Below, in pieces: positions 20,766-30,774 of a DNA stretch of 64,000 nucleotides (its first letter is position 1; each line of letters starts with the position of its first letter). Source of the stretch: Candidatus Latescibacterota bacterium (GTDB taxonomy: Bacteria; Latescibacterota; UBA2968; UBA8231); NCBI GenBank assembly GCA_965206595.1, contig OZ242214.1:2784001-2848000 (forward strand), read 5' to 3'. The notes beneath the pieces are model-generated. The model was not told the origin of the DNA and made no database searches. It worked only from the letters and a program-made list of their open reading frames with translations. The translations under genes were made by a program, and so were the position numbers.

Positions 20766-21881
20766 CTAAACCCCGTCCTTGCCGTCCGTCAGCCAGTCGA
20801 GGGAGAAGCGGGCGAAGATCGTGCGCGGCCCCATCCACAACCAGTAGAGCAGGCCGATCTCGTTGTTGGCCAGCACGGTCAGGCAGGAGTACGCCACCGG
20901 TCCCTCGTAGACGAGCTTCGCAACCGGCCACGTCTTCCCTTCGTCGTAGCTGAGCTTGACCGTCATCCTTTCGCGCGCCGTGCTCGCCGGGTTGGAGAAG
21001 AGGATGCGGCTCCTGCCGCCCTCTCCGGCGAACGAGTAGCGAATGGAGCAGCCCTGGCAATGGGAGTCGACGAGCTCCTCGTTGAAGGTCATTTCCGACC
21101 AGGTGTCGCCGCCGTCGCTGCTGTGCGCCAGGCCGCGGCACTTGGGCCCGGTGTACTGCCGCATGTTGAGCTGCAGCGAGCCGTCCTCGAGCTCGACCAC
21201 GTGGCACTCGTCGGTGTCGGGTGGCAGGCTGCCCCCGACCTTCCAGGTCTCGCCGCGGTCGTCGCTGTAGAAGACGTGCGAGTGCTGGGCGTGGTGGATG
21301 CCGCCGTGCTCGAAGTAGTCGAGGAACGGCTCGACCCGCTCGCTGTGGTCGCAGGGGATGAGGATGCGGCCCTTGTGCGGCTCGCGCTGCTTCTGGATTC
21401 CCGCCCCGGGACCGCAGGCGTAGAACCCCCATCCCGGGCGCCTCACCTGTTCGGTGATGTCGCGCGGAAGCGACCAGGTGGCGCCATCGTCGTGGTAGTC
21501 GCTGTGGATGGCCTTGACCTGGTTGGCGTTGGCGAACACGCCGTCGCGGACCTTCTCCCGCTCCTGGTGGTTGTAGGTCAGCCAGATGGCGCCGGAGACC
21601 TGGTCGACGACGGCGCAGGGGTTGGTGATCTGCTTGCCCCGGGGAGACTCGGCGAGCAGCTGCAGGCCGCCCCAGGTGCGGCCGTTGTCGAAGCTGCGCT
21701 TGAGGACGATGTGGGAGGTGTAGCGCTCCTGCGGGGTCTTGCGGTGCTCCCGCCACGCCGACTCGCAGAAGGCGAGGAGCGTCCCCTTCCTGCTGGTGAC
21801 GATGGAGGGGACCCCGTACTCGTCGAACCCGTCCCCGTCGACGAAGACATCGGTCTCGAACAGTCCGTTCGCCGCGCTCAT
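20766..21881 (-). CDS. Sialidase family (GH33, BNR/Asp-box) protein
   Basis: Asp-boxes SFDNGRTW, SDDRGETW, SSDGGDTW, SYDEGKTW; AYS motif. Confidence 0.9.
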   Translation of the reverse strand: MSAANGLFETDVFVDGDGFDEYGVPSIVTSRKGTLLAFCESAWREHRKTPQERYTSHIVLKRSFDNGRTWGGLQLLAESPRGKQITNPCAVVDQVSGAIWLTYNHQEREKVRDGVFANANQVKAIHSDYHDDGATWSLPRDITEQVRRPGWGFYACGPGAGIQKQREPHKGRILIPCDHSERVEPFLDYFEHGGIHHAQHSHVFYSDDRGETWKVGGSLPPDTDECHVVELEDGSLQLNMRQYTGPKCRGLAHSSDGGDTWSEMTFNEELVDSHCQGCSIRYSFAGEGGRSRILFSNPASTARERMTVKLSYDEGKTWPVAKLVYEGPVAYSCLTVLANNEIGLLYWLWMGPRTIFARFSLDWLTDGKDGV

Positions 21882-22077
21882 GGAATCGATCCTCCCCGTT
21901 GGTTGTCAGCTGTTGATGGGAGGAGAATAGGTCGGCCCCCGGGACGCCGGCAAGCGGCCTGAACCCTATCCGGAGTGGGCCCTGGCCACGCGTGCCGCAC
22001 CCTATGGGGAACCTGGCCGAAGTTGGGGTCCGCTGTTCCCCCGGGCGGAATTCCCGCCTCGAGGGGGTCCGTCTCTT

Positions 22078-22855
22078 CTATACCGGTGAGGCGGTCAGCT
22101 CGAGGGCGCCGCCGATCTCGACCTCGATATCGAGGGTGGCGGCCCCGTTGTCGACGGGAAGCTGCAGGCCCGGCGGCTCCGCCAGGAAGCGGTCGCGGAC
22201 CTGCACTTCGAGCCGCTCCGCCCGCCACCCTTCCAGCCGGCAGCAGAGCCGCCCCCGGCTGCTGCCGTTGAGGATCCACAGGCGCCGCACCTGCGGCGAG
22301 GGCAGCTCGAAAACCCCCGGGGCATCCGGCGTGAAGATGCCCCACACGGCCGCGGCCTCCTTGTGCACGGAGAACAGCGAGTGGTGGGCATCGGCCCCGA
22401 GCACCCGGTGGCGGCCGAACAGCAGCAGGTCCCGGTGCTCGCGGTAACCAGGCGAGCCAGGCGCGCACCACCCGCCGGTGCGCCTCCGGCAGGGCGCGCA
22501 GGTCCGTCGACAGCATGGGGACGGCGCTGGTGACCAGGCTGGCCATGAAGCGGGCGACGTTCTCCACCGGCTCCTGCGGCAGCCAGTAGGCCGGGTCGGT
22601 GTGCGGGGCGACGTTGCCTTCGCGGCCGGCCCCGGGATCGAGGATGTAGCTCTTCAGGCGGGTGCACATGCGGCGGATGTGGTCGCCGTCGAAAGGGGCG
22701 TCCTGGGCGCGGTGGCCTGTGACCTCGGTCCGCCACTCGTAGAGACCGCCGGCTCCCTGCCCGGGCGACACCGGGTCGAACCCCTCGATGGGGGGATCCG
22801 TTTCGATGGATACGGTCAGCGAAAGACCGGAAAAATCGAAGGTGTGCGGCATCAT
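22078..22855 (-). pseudogene. Internally deleted, frameshifted glycoside hydrolase (GH36-like) gene
   Basis: N-terminus MMPHTFDF joined to C-terminal RAQDAPFD..HTDPAYW..VPMLSTDL..RAWLAW; +1 T near 22447, after which YREHRDLL continues. Confidence 0.55.
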
Positions 22856-22983
22856 GCTCCTCCCTGCAGGGACTTGGTGATACCAGACGTCAACAGCCCC
22901 GCGACTTAAAGCGGCCCCGGCTGGTTTCTGCCCGTCGGAAAAAATCGGAGCTGGCCCTCGGCATCCGCGTCTGAATCGAGGGT

Positions 22984-23259
22984 TTAGGGCGACAGTCTGG
23001 CGGCGAGGAGGAAACCCCGGCGGCCTCCGTGTAACCGCAGACCGCGAGCTACCTCCGGTACGTCCTCCAGGGTAATCTCCAAATCGGGCGGCATGTACCA
23101 GAAGCATTGGGCGTGGAATTCGCGGAAGGCGCGGCGGGCTTCGCGGACCCGGACCATGTCGGGGGCTTCTTCGGAGGAAAGGTGCCGGCGGCTCTTCCTG
23201 CTGCCTGTGCTCCCGGTCTCCTCCGGGCAGGTGCTTGAGTTCACTGAAGAGGTGTCCAT
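22984..23259 (-). CDS. Small hypothetical protein (FHAQCFWYM motif; possible antitoxin-like)
   Basis: Plausible conserved core ARRAFREFHAQCFW..VARGLRLHGGRRG; no intact partner gene downstream. Confidence 0.5.
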   Translation of the reverse strand: MDTSSVNSSTCPEETGSTGSRKSRRHLSSEEAPDMVRVREARRAFREFHAQCFWYMPPDLEITLEDVPEVARGLRLHGGRRGFLLAARLSP

Positions 23260-23399
23260 TATCTGCGTGTTTCCATCATGGGTCTCTCATGTTTGAGGAA
23301 ACATCGAGCAGGCACCTCCCGCAAGGAATCGGAGGCTAGCGTCCGGCCCCAATTGCCCGGCAGTTCGCGCCCCAAACCAGCGGAGCCAAAACCCGCAGG

Positions 23400-24284
23400 C
23401 TATTCCACCGAGTTGGCGGCGATGAAAGCCTCCATCTCGCGAAAGGCACGGTCCCGCTTCTCCCGCAGATCGTCCCTGGGGCAGATCGCCAGGTAGGTGG
23501 TAAGGCCGCCGTCCACGGTGATCTCCTGACCGGTGACGAAACGGGATTCGTCGGAGGCGAGGTAGACCGCCAGGTAGGCGATGTCGACGGGCTCGCCGAC
23601 CATCTCCAGAGGCTGGAAGCTCCAGTGCACGATGCGGCTGCGGTCTCCGAAGCGCCGGACGAACTCCGCGCGGGCCTCCGGCTTGAGGTTCTCCGGCACG
23701 AGGTCGCGGTCCCCGCCGAGGTAGATGGCACCCGGACTGATGACGTTGACGCGGATGCGGAAGGGGGCCAGCTCCGCGGCCAGGGCGCGGGTGCCGCCGA
23801 TGATACCGCCCTTGGAGGTGGCGTACACCGTGTTGCCGGGGCTGCCCTCGATCCCGTGGACGGAGGCGACGTTGACGATCGAGCCACTGCCGCGAGCCTT
23901 CATCAGGGGTACGGCCAGCTGGCAGCCGAGGTGCATGCCGCGCAGGTTGGTGTCCATCAGGCGGTCGTAGTCCTCGTCCTTCACCTGTTCCACCGGATCG
24001 CCGATACCGATACCGGCGTTGTTGACGAGGATGTCGAGGCCGCCGAAGCGCTCCTCCACCGCGGCGAACAGGGCCTCCATCTGCTCACGCACCCCGACAT
24101 CGGCAGGCAAGGCCAGGACCTCGCCCCCCGCTTCTTCGATTTCGGATTTCACCCGTTCCAGCTTTTCCGCGGAGCGCGCCGCGATGGCGACCCTCGCCCC
24201 GTGCTCGGCGAACAGCAGGGCGATGCCGCGGCCGATGCCCTGGCCGCCACCGGTTATGACGGCGATCCGGTCCTTGAGTCTCAT
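23400..24284 (-). CDS. SDR family oxidoreductase
   Basis: TGGGQGIG, NNAG, YATSK, VDGG motifs. Confidence 0.95.
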   Translation of the reverse strand: MRLKDRIAVITGGGQGIGRGIALLFAEHGARVAIAARSAEKLERVKSEIEEAGGEVLALPADVGVREQMEALFAAVEERFGGLDILVNNAGIGIGDPVEQVKDEDYDRLMDTNLRGMHLGCQLAVPLMKARGSGSIVNVASVHGIEGSPGNTVYATSKGGIIGGTRALAAELAPFRIRVNVISPGAIYLGGDRDLVPENLKPEARAEFVRRFGDRSRIVHWSFQPLEMVGEPVDIAYLAVYLASDESRFVTGQEITVDGGLTTYLAICPRDDLREKRDRAFREMEAFIAANSVE

Positions 24285-24320
24285 TTGCTCTTGTCTCTGG
24301 CTTCGGAAGTTAAGGGTCGG

Positions 24321-27296
24321 TCAGTTCGGCATGCCCTTGAGCAGATCGTCGACCCGGGTCGCCACCTCGTACCGGGCCGGCGGCTCCCCCACCTTGATCG
24401 CCTTGAAGTGCTCCTTCCCGCATTTGATCCTGGCTTCTTCGGCCAGACGAAGCTCGCTGGAATCGGCGCTCCCCTTGGTTTCGACCACGAAGTAGAGACG
24501 CTCCCCCTCGGCGGAATCGATCAGAACCGCCCAGTCCGGGTTGTAGCCTCCGAGGGGCGTCGGCACCTTGAACCAGCCAGGCAGCTTGGCGTAGACCTTG
24601 ACCGCGGTGTTCCTCTCGAGCTGTTCCGCAAAACGGGCTTCGGTGTCTGACTCGTAGACCACCTGCTCGTAGACCGATTTTTTCACCCCGCTCATGTTCT
24701 TCAGGTAGCCGGTCAGCTCTTTCTGCTCGAACAGCTCCTGCGCGTAGAAATGCTCGCTTCCCAGGCGCTGGTACTTGATGCCGTCCACCAGAGCCTGCTG
24801 CTTGCAGCGGATGATCGCCTGGGCGGCCAGCTCGATGAACTGCTGCGGATTCCGTTTGAAATCATCGAGGCGCTCGCAGGCGCACAGAATCCGCTGGATG
24901 CTGCGCCGCGTGAGCTGCGTCCGGTCTTGAAGCTCGGTGAGAAGATCCGGAAGCTCGATGTACTCTTCGTTCAAGTTTACGGGCGCTGAATCCTCACGTT
25001 CGGTCGCCTGGACTCCGGCCTTGCCGATGGCGATGCCGGCCTTGCGCCACTGCAGCCGGGTATTCGGGACCGGCGGCGCCTCGCCAAGCGCGCGGATACT
25101 GCTCTCTACCAGGGCCTCGTTGTCGAAGGCCACGCGGTACGTGGTCTTGTGCTTGATGCGGTCCCACAGGGCCTTGAACTCGGGGCTGTGCAGAATCGCC
25201 TGGCGCGGGCGCACCCGGCGGCGCTCGTCGGCGTTCCTGATCTCCAGGCCCCGGGCGAGCTTGCGCAGCACCTCGACGATCTTCCCGCGCTGGGCGGTGA
25301 ATCTGTCCGGTACGACGAAAATATCCTCGGCCAAGACATTCCTGAGGGAATCCTGTATCCGCCCTTGCGCGTCGATGTACCCTTCCGCCTTCAGGTGCTC
25401 CCACAAAACCTTCGACGCCTCGAAGCCGAGAGCCTGCGTTTCCCCATCTTCACCGACGACCGGAATCGCTGCGAACTGGTGCGCTTCCACGACACCGAAG
25501 CGAATCCCGGTGTCCTTCTCGATCTCCTGCTGCAGGTTCTCGGCGAACTCCTCGTAACGCTCCGTGGCGACGACCGTGAGCGTGTTGACTTCGAAACCTC
25601 GCAGTCGCTCACCCTGCTGGTCGACGCACAGACGCAGACCTCGGCCGATGGTCTGCCGCCTCTCCCGCTCGCTGCGGATGTCGCGCAGCGTGCAGATCTG
25701 AAAGACGTTGGGATTGTCCCAGCCCTCGCGCAGGGCCGAGTGCGAGAAGATGAACTTGAGCGGCGTCTCCAGGCTGAGAAGCTTCTCCTTCTCCTTCATG
25801 ATCAGGTTGTAGGCCCGCTCGGCGCTGTCGCGATGGGTCTGGGTGTTCTCGGCAGTATCCGTCCAGCCGCCCTTCCGGTCGATGGAGAAGTAGCCGCCGT
25901 GAACCTCTCCGATGCCCTCGTCGAGATCGACGTCACCGAAGAGGCACCTGTAGTCCGGATGGTTGGCCAGACGCCGGTACTCTTCCTCAAAGATCAGGGC
26001 GTACTCCCCTTTGACAGGATTACCTTCATCGTCGTACTGCCGGTAGCGATCTACCGCATCGATGAAGAAGAGACTGAGCACCTTGATCCCCTGCGGGCAG
26101 AGGTGCTTCTCCTTGTCGAGATGCTCGCGGATGGTGCGGCGAATCATTTGCCGCTGAACGGTGTCGGAATCCACGTCGCCCCAGGCTTCGCCCAGGCGGA
26201 GAAACCGCTGCGCCGCCGGCACGCGCAGCTCGACGAACTCGTTCCCTTTTTCGACGCGGATCTCGCCGATGCGACAGTCGCGGTAGATCGCGCGCCTGGT
26301 GGTTTTCTCCAGATCGTCGCCATCCTGCACGGTTACCTCCCGCCGCCGGACCCCGGCCGCAGTTTCGACGTCGAGCTCGACCTTGGCGCTGATCGTTCCG
26401 CGCCGGTTTTGCGCCGACACCATGCGGACGTAGGGCTTATTGTGGGCGTCCTCGACCGTCGCCGACGCCACCTCGATCTGCTTGACCAGCTTGCGCTCGT
26501 ACGCATCGACCGCGTCGAGCCGGTAAACCATGTGATGCTGGTCCGCATGGGTCGCCGAGTAGCGCAGGGTGCAAAGCGGATTCATGGCCTCAAGGGCTTC
26601 CTTGCCGCGCCCCTGCAGACCGCCGTCCACGCTCTGCGGCTCGTCGACAATGAGAATGGGCCGCGTCGCCCGGATCAGGTCGATCGGCTTCTCCCCGCCG
26701 GTCTTCTCGCTCTCCTTGTAGAGGTTGTTGACGTCTCTCTTGTTGATGGCGCCGACCGTCACCACCAGAACCTGGACCTGTGGGCTGGTGGCGAAATTCC
26801 GCACCTGACCGAGCTTGGCTGAGTCATAGAGGAAGTAATCGAAGGGGGTGCCGGAGTAGAGCGCCCGGAAGTGGTCGGCGGTGATCTGGAGCGACTTGTA
26901 CACGCCTTCCTTGATGGCGACCGACGGCACCACGACGATGAACTTGGTGAAGCCGTAGCGCTTGTTCAGTTCGAAGACGGTGCGCAGGTACACGTAGGTC
27001 TTGCCGGTGCCGGTCTCCATCTCCACGGTGAAGTCTCCCGAGTCCAGGGAGGTGGACGGGGGCAGACTGTTATGGAGCTGAACGGCCTTCAGGTTTTCGA
27101 GGAGTTTTTCGTCGGGCAGGGTCAACAGGTTGCCGATGCCGAGGCCGTTTTCTGGAAAGGGGAGCCCCGCCTTCTCCGCGGGATTTCGCGTCACCGTGAA
27201 CTCGGTGCGACAGACCTCCTGGCCGCGGAACAGGTCGCAGACCGCTTCGATAGCCTCGAGCTGGAAATCGAGGTTGGGTTCGAAGTGGAGCTTCAT
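24321..27296 (-). CDS. res: Type III restriction-modification endonuclease Res
   Basis: EMETGTGKT Walker A, DEPQ, RYSAT, ALREGWDNPNVFQIC, QTIGRGLRL, YNPDW..VETKG nuclease motif. Confidence 0.95.
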   Translation of the reverse strand: MKLHFEPNLDFQLEAIEAVCDLFRGQEVCRTEFTVTRNPAEKAGLPFPENGLGIGNLLTLPDEKLLENLKAVQLHNSLPPSTSLDSGDFTVEMETGTGKTYVYLRTVFELNKRYGFTKFIVVVPSVAIKEGVYKSLQITADHFRALYSGTPFDYFLYDSAKLGQVRNFATSPQVQVLVVTVGAINKRDVNNLYKESEKTGGEKPIDLIRATRPILIVDEPQSVDGGLQGRGKEALEAMNPLCTLRYSATHADQHHMVYRLDAVDAYERKLVKQIEVASATVEDAHNKPYVRMVSAQNRRGTISAKVELDVETAAGVRRREVTVQDGDDLEKTTRRAIYRDCRIGEIRVEKGNEFVELRVPAAQRFLRLGEAWGDVDSDTVQRQMIRRTIREHLDKEKHLCPQGIKVLSLFFIDAVDRYRQYDDEGNPVKGEYALIFEEEYRRLANHPDYRCLFGDVDLDEGIGEVHGGYFSIDRKGGWTDTAENTQTHRDSAERAYNLIMKEKEKLLSLETPLKFIFSHSALREGWDNPNVFQICTLRDIRSERERRQTIGRGLRLCVDQQGERLRGFEVNTLTVVATERYEEFAENLQQEIEKDTGIRFGVVEAHQFAAIPVVGEDGETQALGFEASKVLWEHLKAEGYIDAQGRIQDSLRNVLAEDIFVVPDRFTAQRGKIVEVLRKLARGLEIRNADERRRVRPRQAILHSPEFKALWDRIKHKTTYRVAFDNEALVESSIRALGEAPPVPNTRLQWRKAGIAIGKAGVQATEREDSAPVNLNEEYIELPDLLTELQDRTQLTRRSIQRILCACERLDDFKRNPQQFIELAAQAIIRCKQQALVDGIKYQRLGSEHFYAQELFEQKELTGYLKNMSGVKKSVYEQVVYESDTEARFAEQLERNTAVKVYAKLPGWFKVPTPLGGYNPDWAVLIDSAEGERLYFVVETKGSADSSELRLAEEARIKCGKEHFKAIKVGEPPARYEVATRVDDLLKGMPN

Positions 27297-27318
27297 GATC
27301 TCGAAAACACCTGCAGAC

Positions 27319-28737
27319 CTACATGAAGAATCGGAACTGATACGGGGTAGTTCCCAGGTTCGGGATACGCTTTACGATCCTCGCCAACACTTTTGCGTAG
27401 GCAAGGGTCACCGGCAAAGGGTCATACAGCGAGTCGTTATTCCAGTTCATCTTGGAGAGCCCGAGTATGGCGCGAGCTGTATCGTCCCAGGTGCCGTGGC
27501 CGGCATGGCGGACCAAACGAATGGGGCGAGGGGTGCTGCGGCTGCCCTGGAAGTAGGAACTTGCCGTAACGCCCTCGACATCACCATGGGTCCATAGCAA
27601 TGCCTCGCGAGGGCCGAGCCCAATAACCGTACCACGCGGAACTGGAAACCGGGCAGGCCTGCCCTTCCCGCCGTTGGGGTTTCGGTCGATCCGGATGCCG
27701 CGCCAGCCCACATCTTCGACAATCTGAACAAGGTCAACGGCCTCGCAGAGATGAAGGGCTTCCATACAACCGTCAACTTCGTCACGCTTGAACTCTGTGG
27801 TTTTGTGAACCATCACGCGTCGCGGGGACCGGCCGGCATGACGGCGACGGTACAAGTCCATCGATCGCGTCATGACACGGAACATCTCGGTGCGGGCGAG
27901 GAAAGGGTTGTCGCGATGGATTTCGACTTCGTTAGCGTCGTAAGCAACGAACTCGAGACCAGCCCCATCCGCATCGAACACCTGGCTACAGCACGTTACG
28001 AACCGCGGCCGCACTGAGTCGGTGGGACGTACGGCATAGGAGATGCCGATATAGGCTGTTTCCGGATCGGACTCGGCCAGCTTCCAGGGAACTCCACCCG
28101 CCTTGGCATACAGCGCCAACCCAATGCGCCACATCACGCTGGCTTTGCAGTGATAGGCGATAGCCTTGTCTTCGCGGACCAATTGAATGGGTATTCCCCG
28201 GGCGGCGGTATAGGCTTTCAGATGATCGTGCAGGTCGAAGTCGTCGTTAGGTCCGCCGAAAAACCCAGGCTCCCAGCGTTTGGGGATGTAGACGAACAGG
28301 ACGTCAAAGTCGCTTCGACGCGCTTCAAGCCGCTGCATGGCCCTCACCAAGTGGTCCCCAATCGTTACGTGGGCCTGTGGAGGTTTTTGTAATTCATTTT
28401 CAAGCTGGGAGCTGATCTCGTCATGGCAACCGTTACCAGCGGCACGCATGCGCAGACCGAAAACGCTTTGGAACCCCGGCCATTGGGGGAGGTAATCCCT
28501 ACGCTCCTTCGGGTCGAAAACCGAGTTCAGGCATTTCATGAAGTCGTAGATGCGCTGACTCTCGCCCTGTGGTGCAAGAGTAGCTACACGGATGGGGTCG
28601 GGAACGAACCCTGCCGAGTATGGTCCGTATTCCAGTAACCCACGCAGCGGATGCCGCCCTTGGTCCGAGGTCCGTTCTGGATGAAAGGCCAACATGGGCT
28701 CAGGAAGCCACGTATGAGGAGCGATCTGGGAGTTCAC
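27319..28737 (-). CDS. ago: Short prokaryotic Argonaute (MID-PIWI, catalytically inactive), SPARSA type
   Basis: HPLRGL..YGPYS, DLHDHLKA, LYAKAGGVPWKL, YIGISYA, VHKTT, SKMNWN..LPVT, YQFRFFM; overlaps the SIR2-APAZ gene. Confidence 0.93.
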   Translation of the reverse strand: MNSQIAPHTWLPEPMLAFHPERTSDQGRHPLRGLLEYGPYSAGFVPDPIRVATLAPQGESQRIYDFMKCLNSVFDPKERRDYLPQWPGFQSVFGLRMRAAGNGCHDEISSQLENELQKPPQAHVTIGDHLVRAMQRLEARRSDFDVLFVYIPKRWEPGFFGGPNDDFDLHDHLKAYTAARGIPIQLVREDKAIAYHCKASVMWRIGLALYAKAGGVPWKLAESDPETAYIGISYAVRPTDSVRPRFVTCCSQVFDADGAGLEFVAYDANEVEIHRDNPFLARTEMFRVMTRSMDLYRRRHAGRSPRRVMVHKTTEFKRDEVDGCMEALHLCEAVDLVQIVEDVGWRGIRIDRNPNGGKGRPARFPVPRGTVIGLGPREALLWTHGDVEGVTASSYFQGSRSTPRPIRLVRHAGHGTWDDTARAILGLSKMNWNNDSLYDPLPVTLAYAKVLARIVKRIPNLGTTPYQFRFFM

Positions 28738-30497
28738 GACGCTATCCTGTTGGAGAAGCAGGTAACCGATGAGAGTCGAAAAACAGCATCGACGCCATGC
28801 CCCGTGTTCAAGGCGCGCATCTCTTTTTCCTGCGACAAGTGATGTGCCCAGAAGTCGATCAGATCGTTGAGTACGCTATTGTATCGTTTGATGGTTCGCT
28901 CACGTGCAAAATCAGTTGCCGGCGTCTTGTTTACGTCCGTAATGCTGTCGAACACCGTACAAGGCTCGACGAGCAGCCACAGGCGATCATTGGCCCAGTC
29001 CAATCGAACGGTAATGCCCTCCCACCACCTGAAATCGGGGTTCCCGTTGACGACTCCGGTTAGTGTCCCGACCAACTCCCGTAAGCGGTTCCAGATTTCG
29101 TCTTCCGGGTCTTCGGGGACGAAGCGCCGGCGGCCTATGATGTTCATGCCTCTGTGACGGCTAATGGCTCGATTGAGGGCATCTCTCAAGAGTCCACGTT
29201 CGGCAGATTCATACCTTTGCCGCTCGACGTCGAATGCCTGAAGGTCGAATTCCTCAATGCCATGGGAATCGAAAGCGTGCCGCACGTCGGCGTCTGCTCC
29301 GAAGGCCAGCACGCCGGCTCGAGAACGGACAGCAAGCACGTCCGCGCCGGCTTTCAGCACGGCCTCGCGTACTTCGGCCGTACCACCGATATCGCAAACC
29401 AGCCGGCGGCATTGTGTCGGTGCATCGATGACAGGCAGTGCGTTGAGGCGAACGACCGGCCAGCCGCGACGTACATTCCGCTGAAGAGGCGCTGAACTCC
29501 AAGGCTGACGCTGCGACGCGAATTGGTCTAAATCCGTCTCGTCGATGCCTTCAGTAAGGCGAACCAAGTCGCGCAAGGTTTCGTCGAAGTTCTCGACAGG
29601 TACTAACGCCGCTTCGATGTCGTTAGCCTTACCACGATCCAACAGTCGCCCGACCCGCGGTAGTGGCGGGTCTTCCCCACGGTGCAACCAGAAAAGCCCG
29701 GAAGGGAAGGCTTCCTCGTGTTCCATTGCCTCCTCGAGCGCGTCCATGATGGAATCGTCACGCCCGCTGTATCCGCATACGACGAGGCCGAAGCGCTTGC
29801 ATGAATCGACCAGCGCCCTCCTCAAATGGGCATCTTGCTGACGCAATTCATCGTCTGTGTTCTTCAGGCGGCGAGAGCGGAAGTCACCGTGAAGCTTGAT
29901 CTCCATGGGCCAACGTTCGTCAGATAGCGACTGCTGGGCTTGGCTAGGCGCGTCCAAGTCTATGGTGGTCAGCTTGCTTGTCGTGCCGTATACCTTGGCA
30001 CAGGCATCTGCAACAAGAGCGTCGAAGTTCGTCGTCCACACCACGCGGGTCAGCTCGTGGCGCATCAGGGTCGCGAGCGCCAGGTGACCGTAGGATGGCT
30101 TAGCGCCTGCCAGTTTCCCATCCAGGAAAGCGCGTCGGTCCGACTCCGCCGGATACGCCGCTTCAAACAGAGTAGCGTATTCACCGGATGTGCCAGTAGA
30201 CGCCAAAATCCCAAGGGATTCGATATGGGCGTCAATGCGGTTCCGCACGGCCGGCTGGGACAGGTCCACCGATGCCTGGCTTGAGCCCCGATTCTGGCTG
30301 ATAAACAGAGCTTGTTTGAAACCCCAGATCATGTCCATGGCCGTCGGGACACCAGCAGATGCCGATGCGCCGGCACCGAGGAACCACATCAGATTCCTGG
30401 CACGTAACGAAAAGCGGCGTGCGAAGTCGTCAACTGGAATTTGCGCCAGATCGTTGGAGCTTTGGGTGGAAATAACCAGGGGTTCAGAACCACTCAT
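28734..30497 (-). CDS. SIR2-APAZ NADase partner of the short pAgo (SPARSA)
   Basis: WFLGAGASASAG, TTNFD, KLHGDF, GYSGRD SIR2 motifs; C-terminal APAZ-like region (RLNALP...RYN). Confidence 0.92.
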   Translation of the reverse strand: MSGSEPLVISTQSSNDLAQIPVDDFARRFSLRARNLMWFLGAGASASAGVPTAMDMIWGFKQALFISQNRGSSQASVDLSQPAVRNRIDAHIESLGILASTGTSGEYATLFEAAYPAESDRRAFLDGKLAGAKPSYGHLALATLMRHELTRVVWTTNFDALVADACAKVYGTTSKLTTIDLDAPSQAQQSLSDERWPMEIKLHGDFRSRRLKNTDDELRQQDAHLRRALVDSCKRFGLVVCGYSGRDDSIMDALEEAMEHEEAFPSGLFWLHRGEDPPLPRVGRLLDRGKANDIEAALVPVENFDETLRDLVRLTEGIDETDLDQFASQRQPWSSAPLQRNVRRGWPVVRLNALPVIDAPTQCRRLVCDIGGTAEVREAVLKAGADVLAVRSRAGVLAFGADADVRHAFDSHGIEEFDLQAFDVERQRYESAERGLLRDALNRAISRHRGMNIIGRRRFVPEDPEDEIWNRLRELVGTLTGVVNGNPDFRWWEGITVRLDWANDRLWLLVEPCTVFDSITDVNKTPATDFARERTIKRYNSVLNDLIDFWAHHLSQEKEMRALNTGHGVDAVFRLSSVTCFSNRIAS

Positions 30498-30543
30498 ACT
30501 TGAATTTGGGTAACGGCAGTATCAGCAGCCGTTCGCCTATTGA

Positions 30544-30726
30544 TTACGGGATTGAATCAGCGAATTCTCTCGCGGTTTCAATCCAGAGAGCCATCGCTTG
30601 ATTTACGTTTCTGAGAACAGCTTCTTGCGTGTCCCCATAAGCCATGCATCCGGGAAGCTCGGGCACTTCAGCCACGAAAGCGCCATCGTCGTTGCTCCAA
30701 TAGAGAATAATCCCGTACTTGTACAT
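30544..30726 (-). CDS. hicB: HicB family antitoxin, probably truncated by a premature stop
   Basis: YWSNDDGAFVAEVPELPGCMAYGDT..EA; the frame after the stop reads SIGERLL, like the usual tail. Confidence 0.85.
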   Translation of the reverse strand: MYKYGIILYWSNDDGAFVAEVPELPGCMAYGDTQEAVLRNVNQAMALWIETAREFADSIP

Positions 30727-30774
30727 CAGTTCTGTTGTCTTGGCTTGGCCATATCGTTGGCCTGTGTGTAGCCG

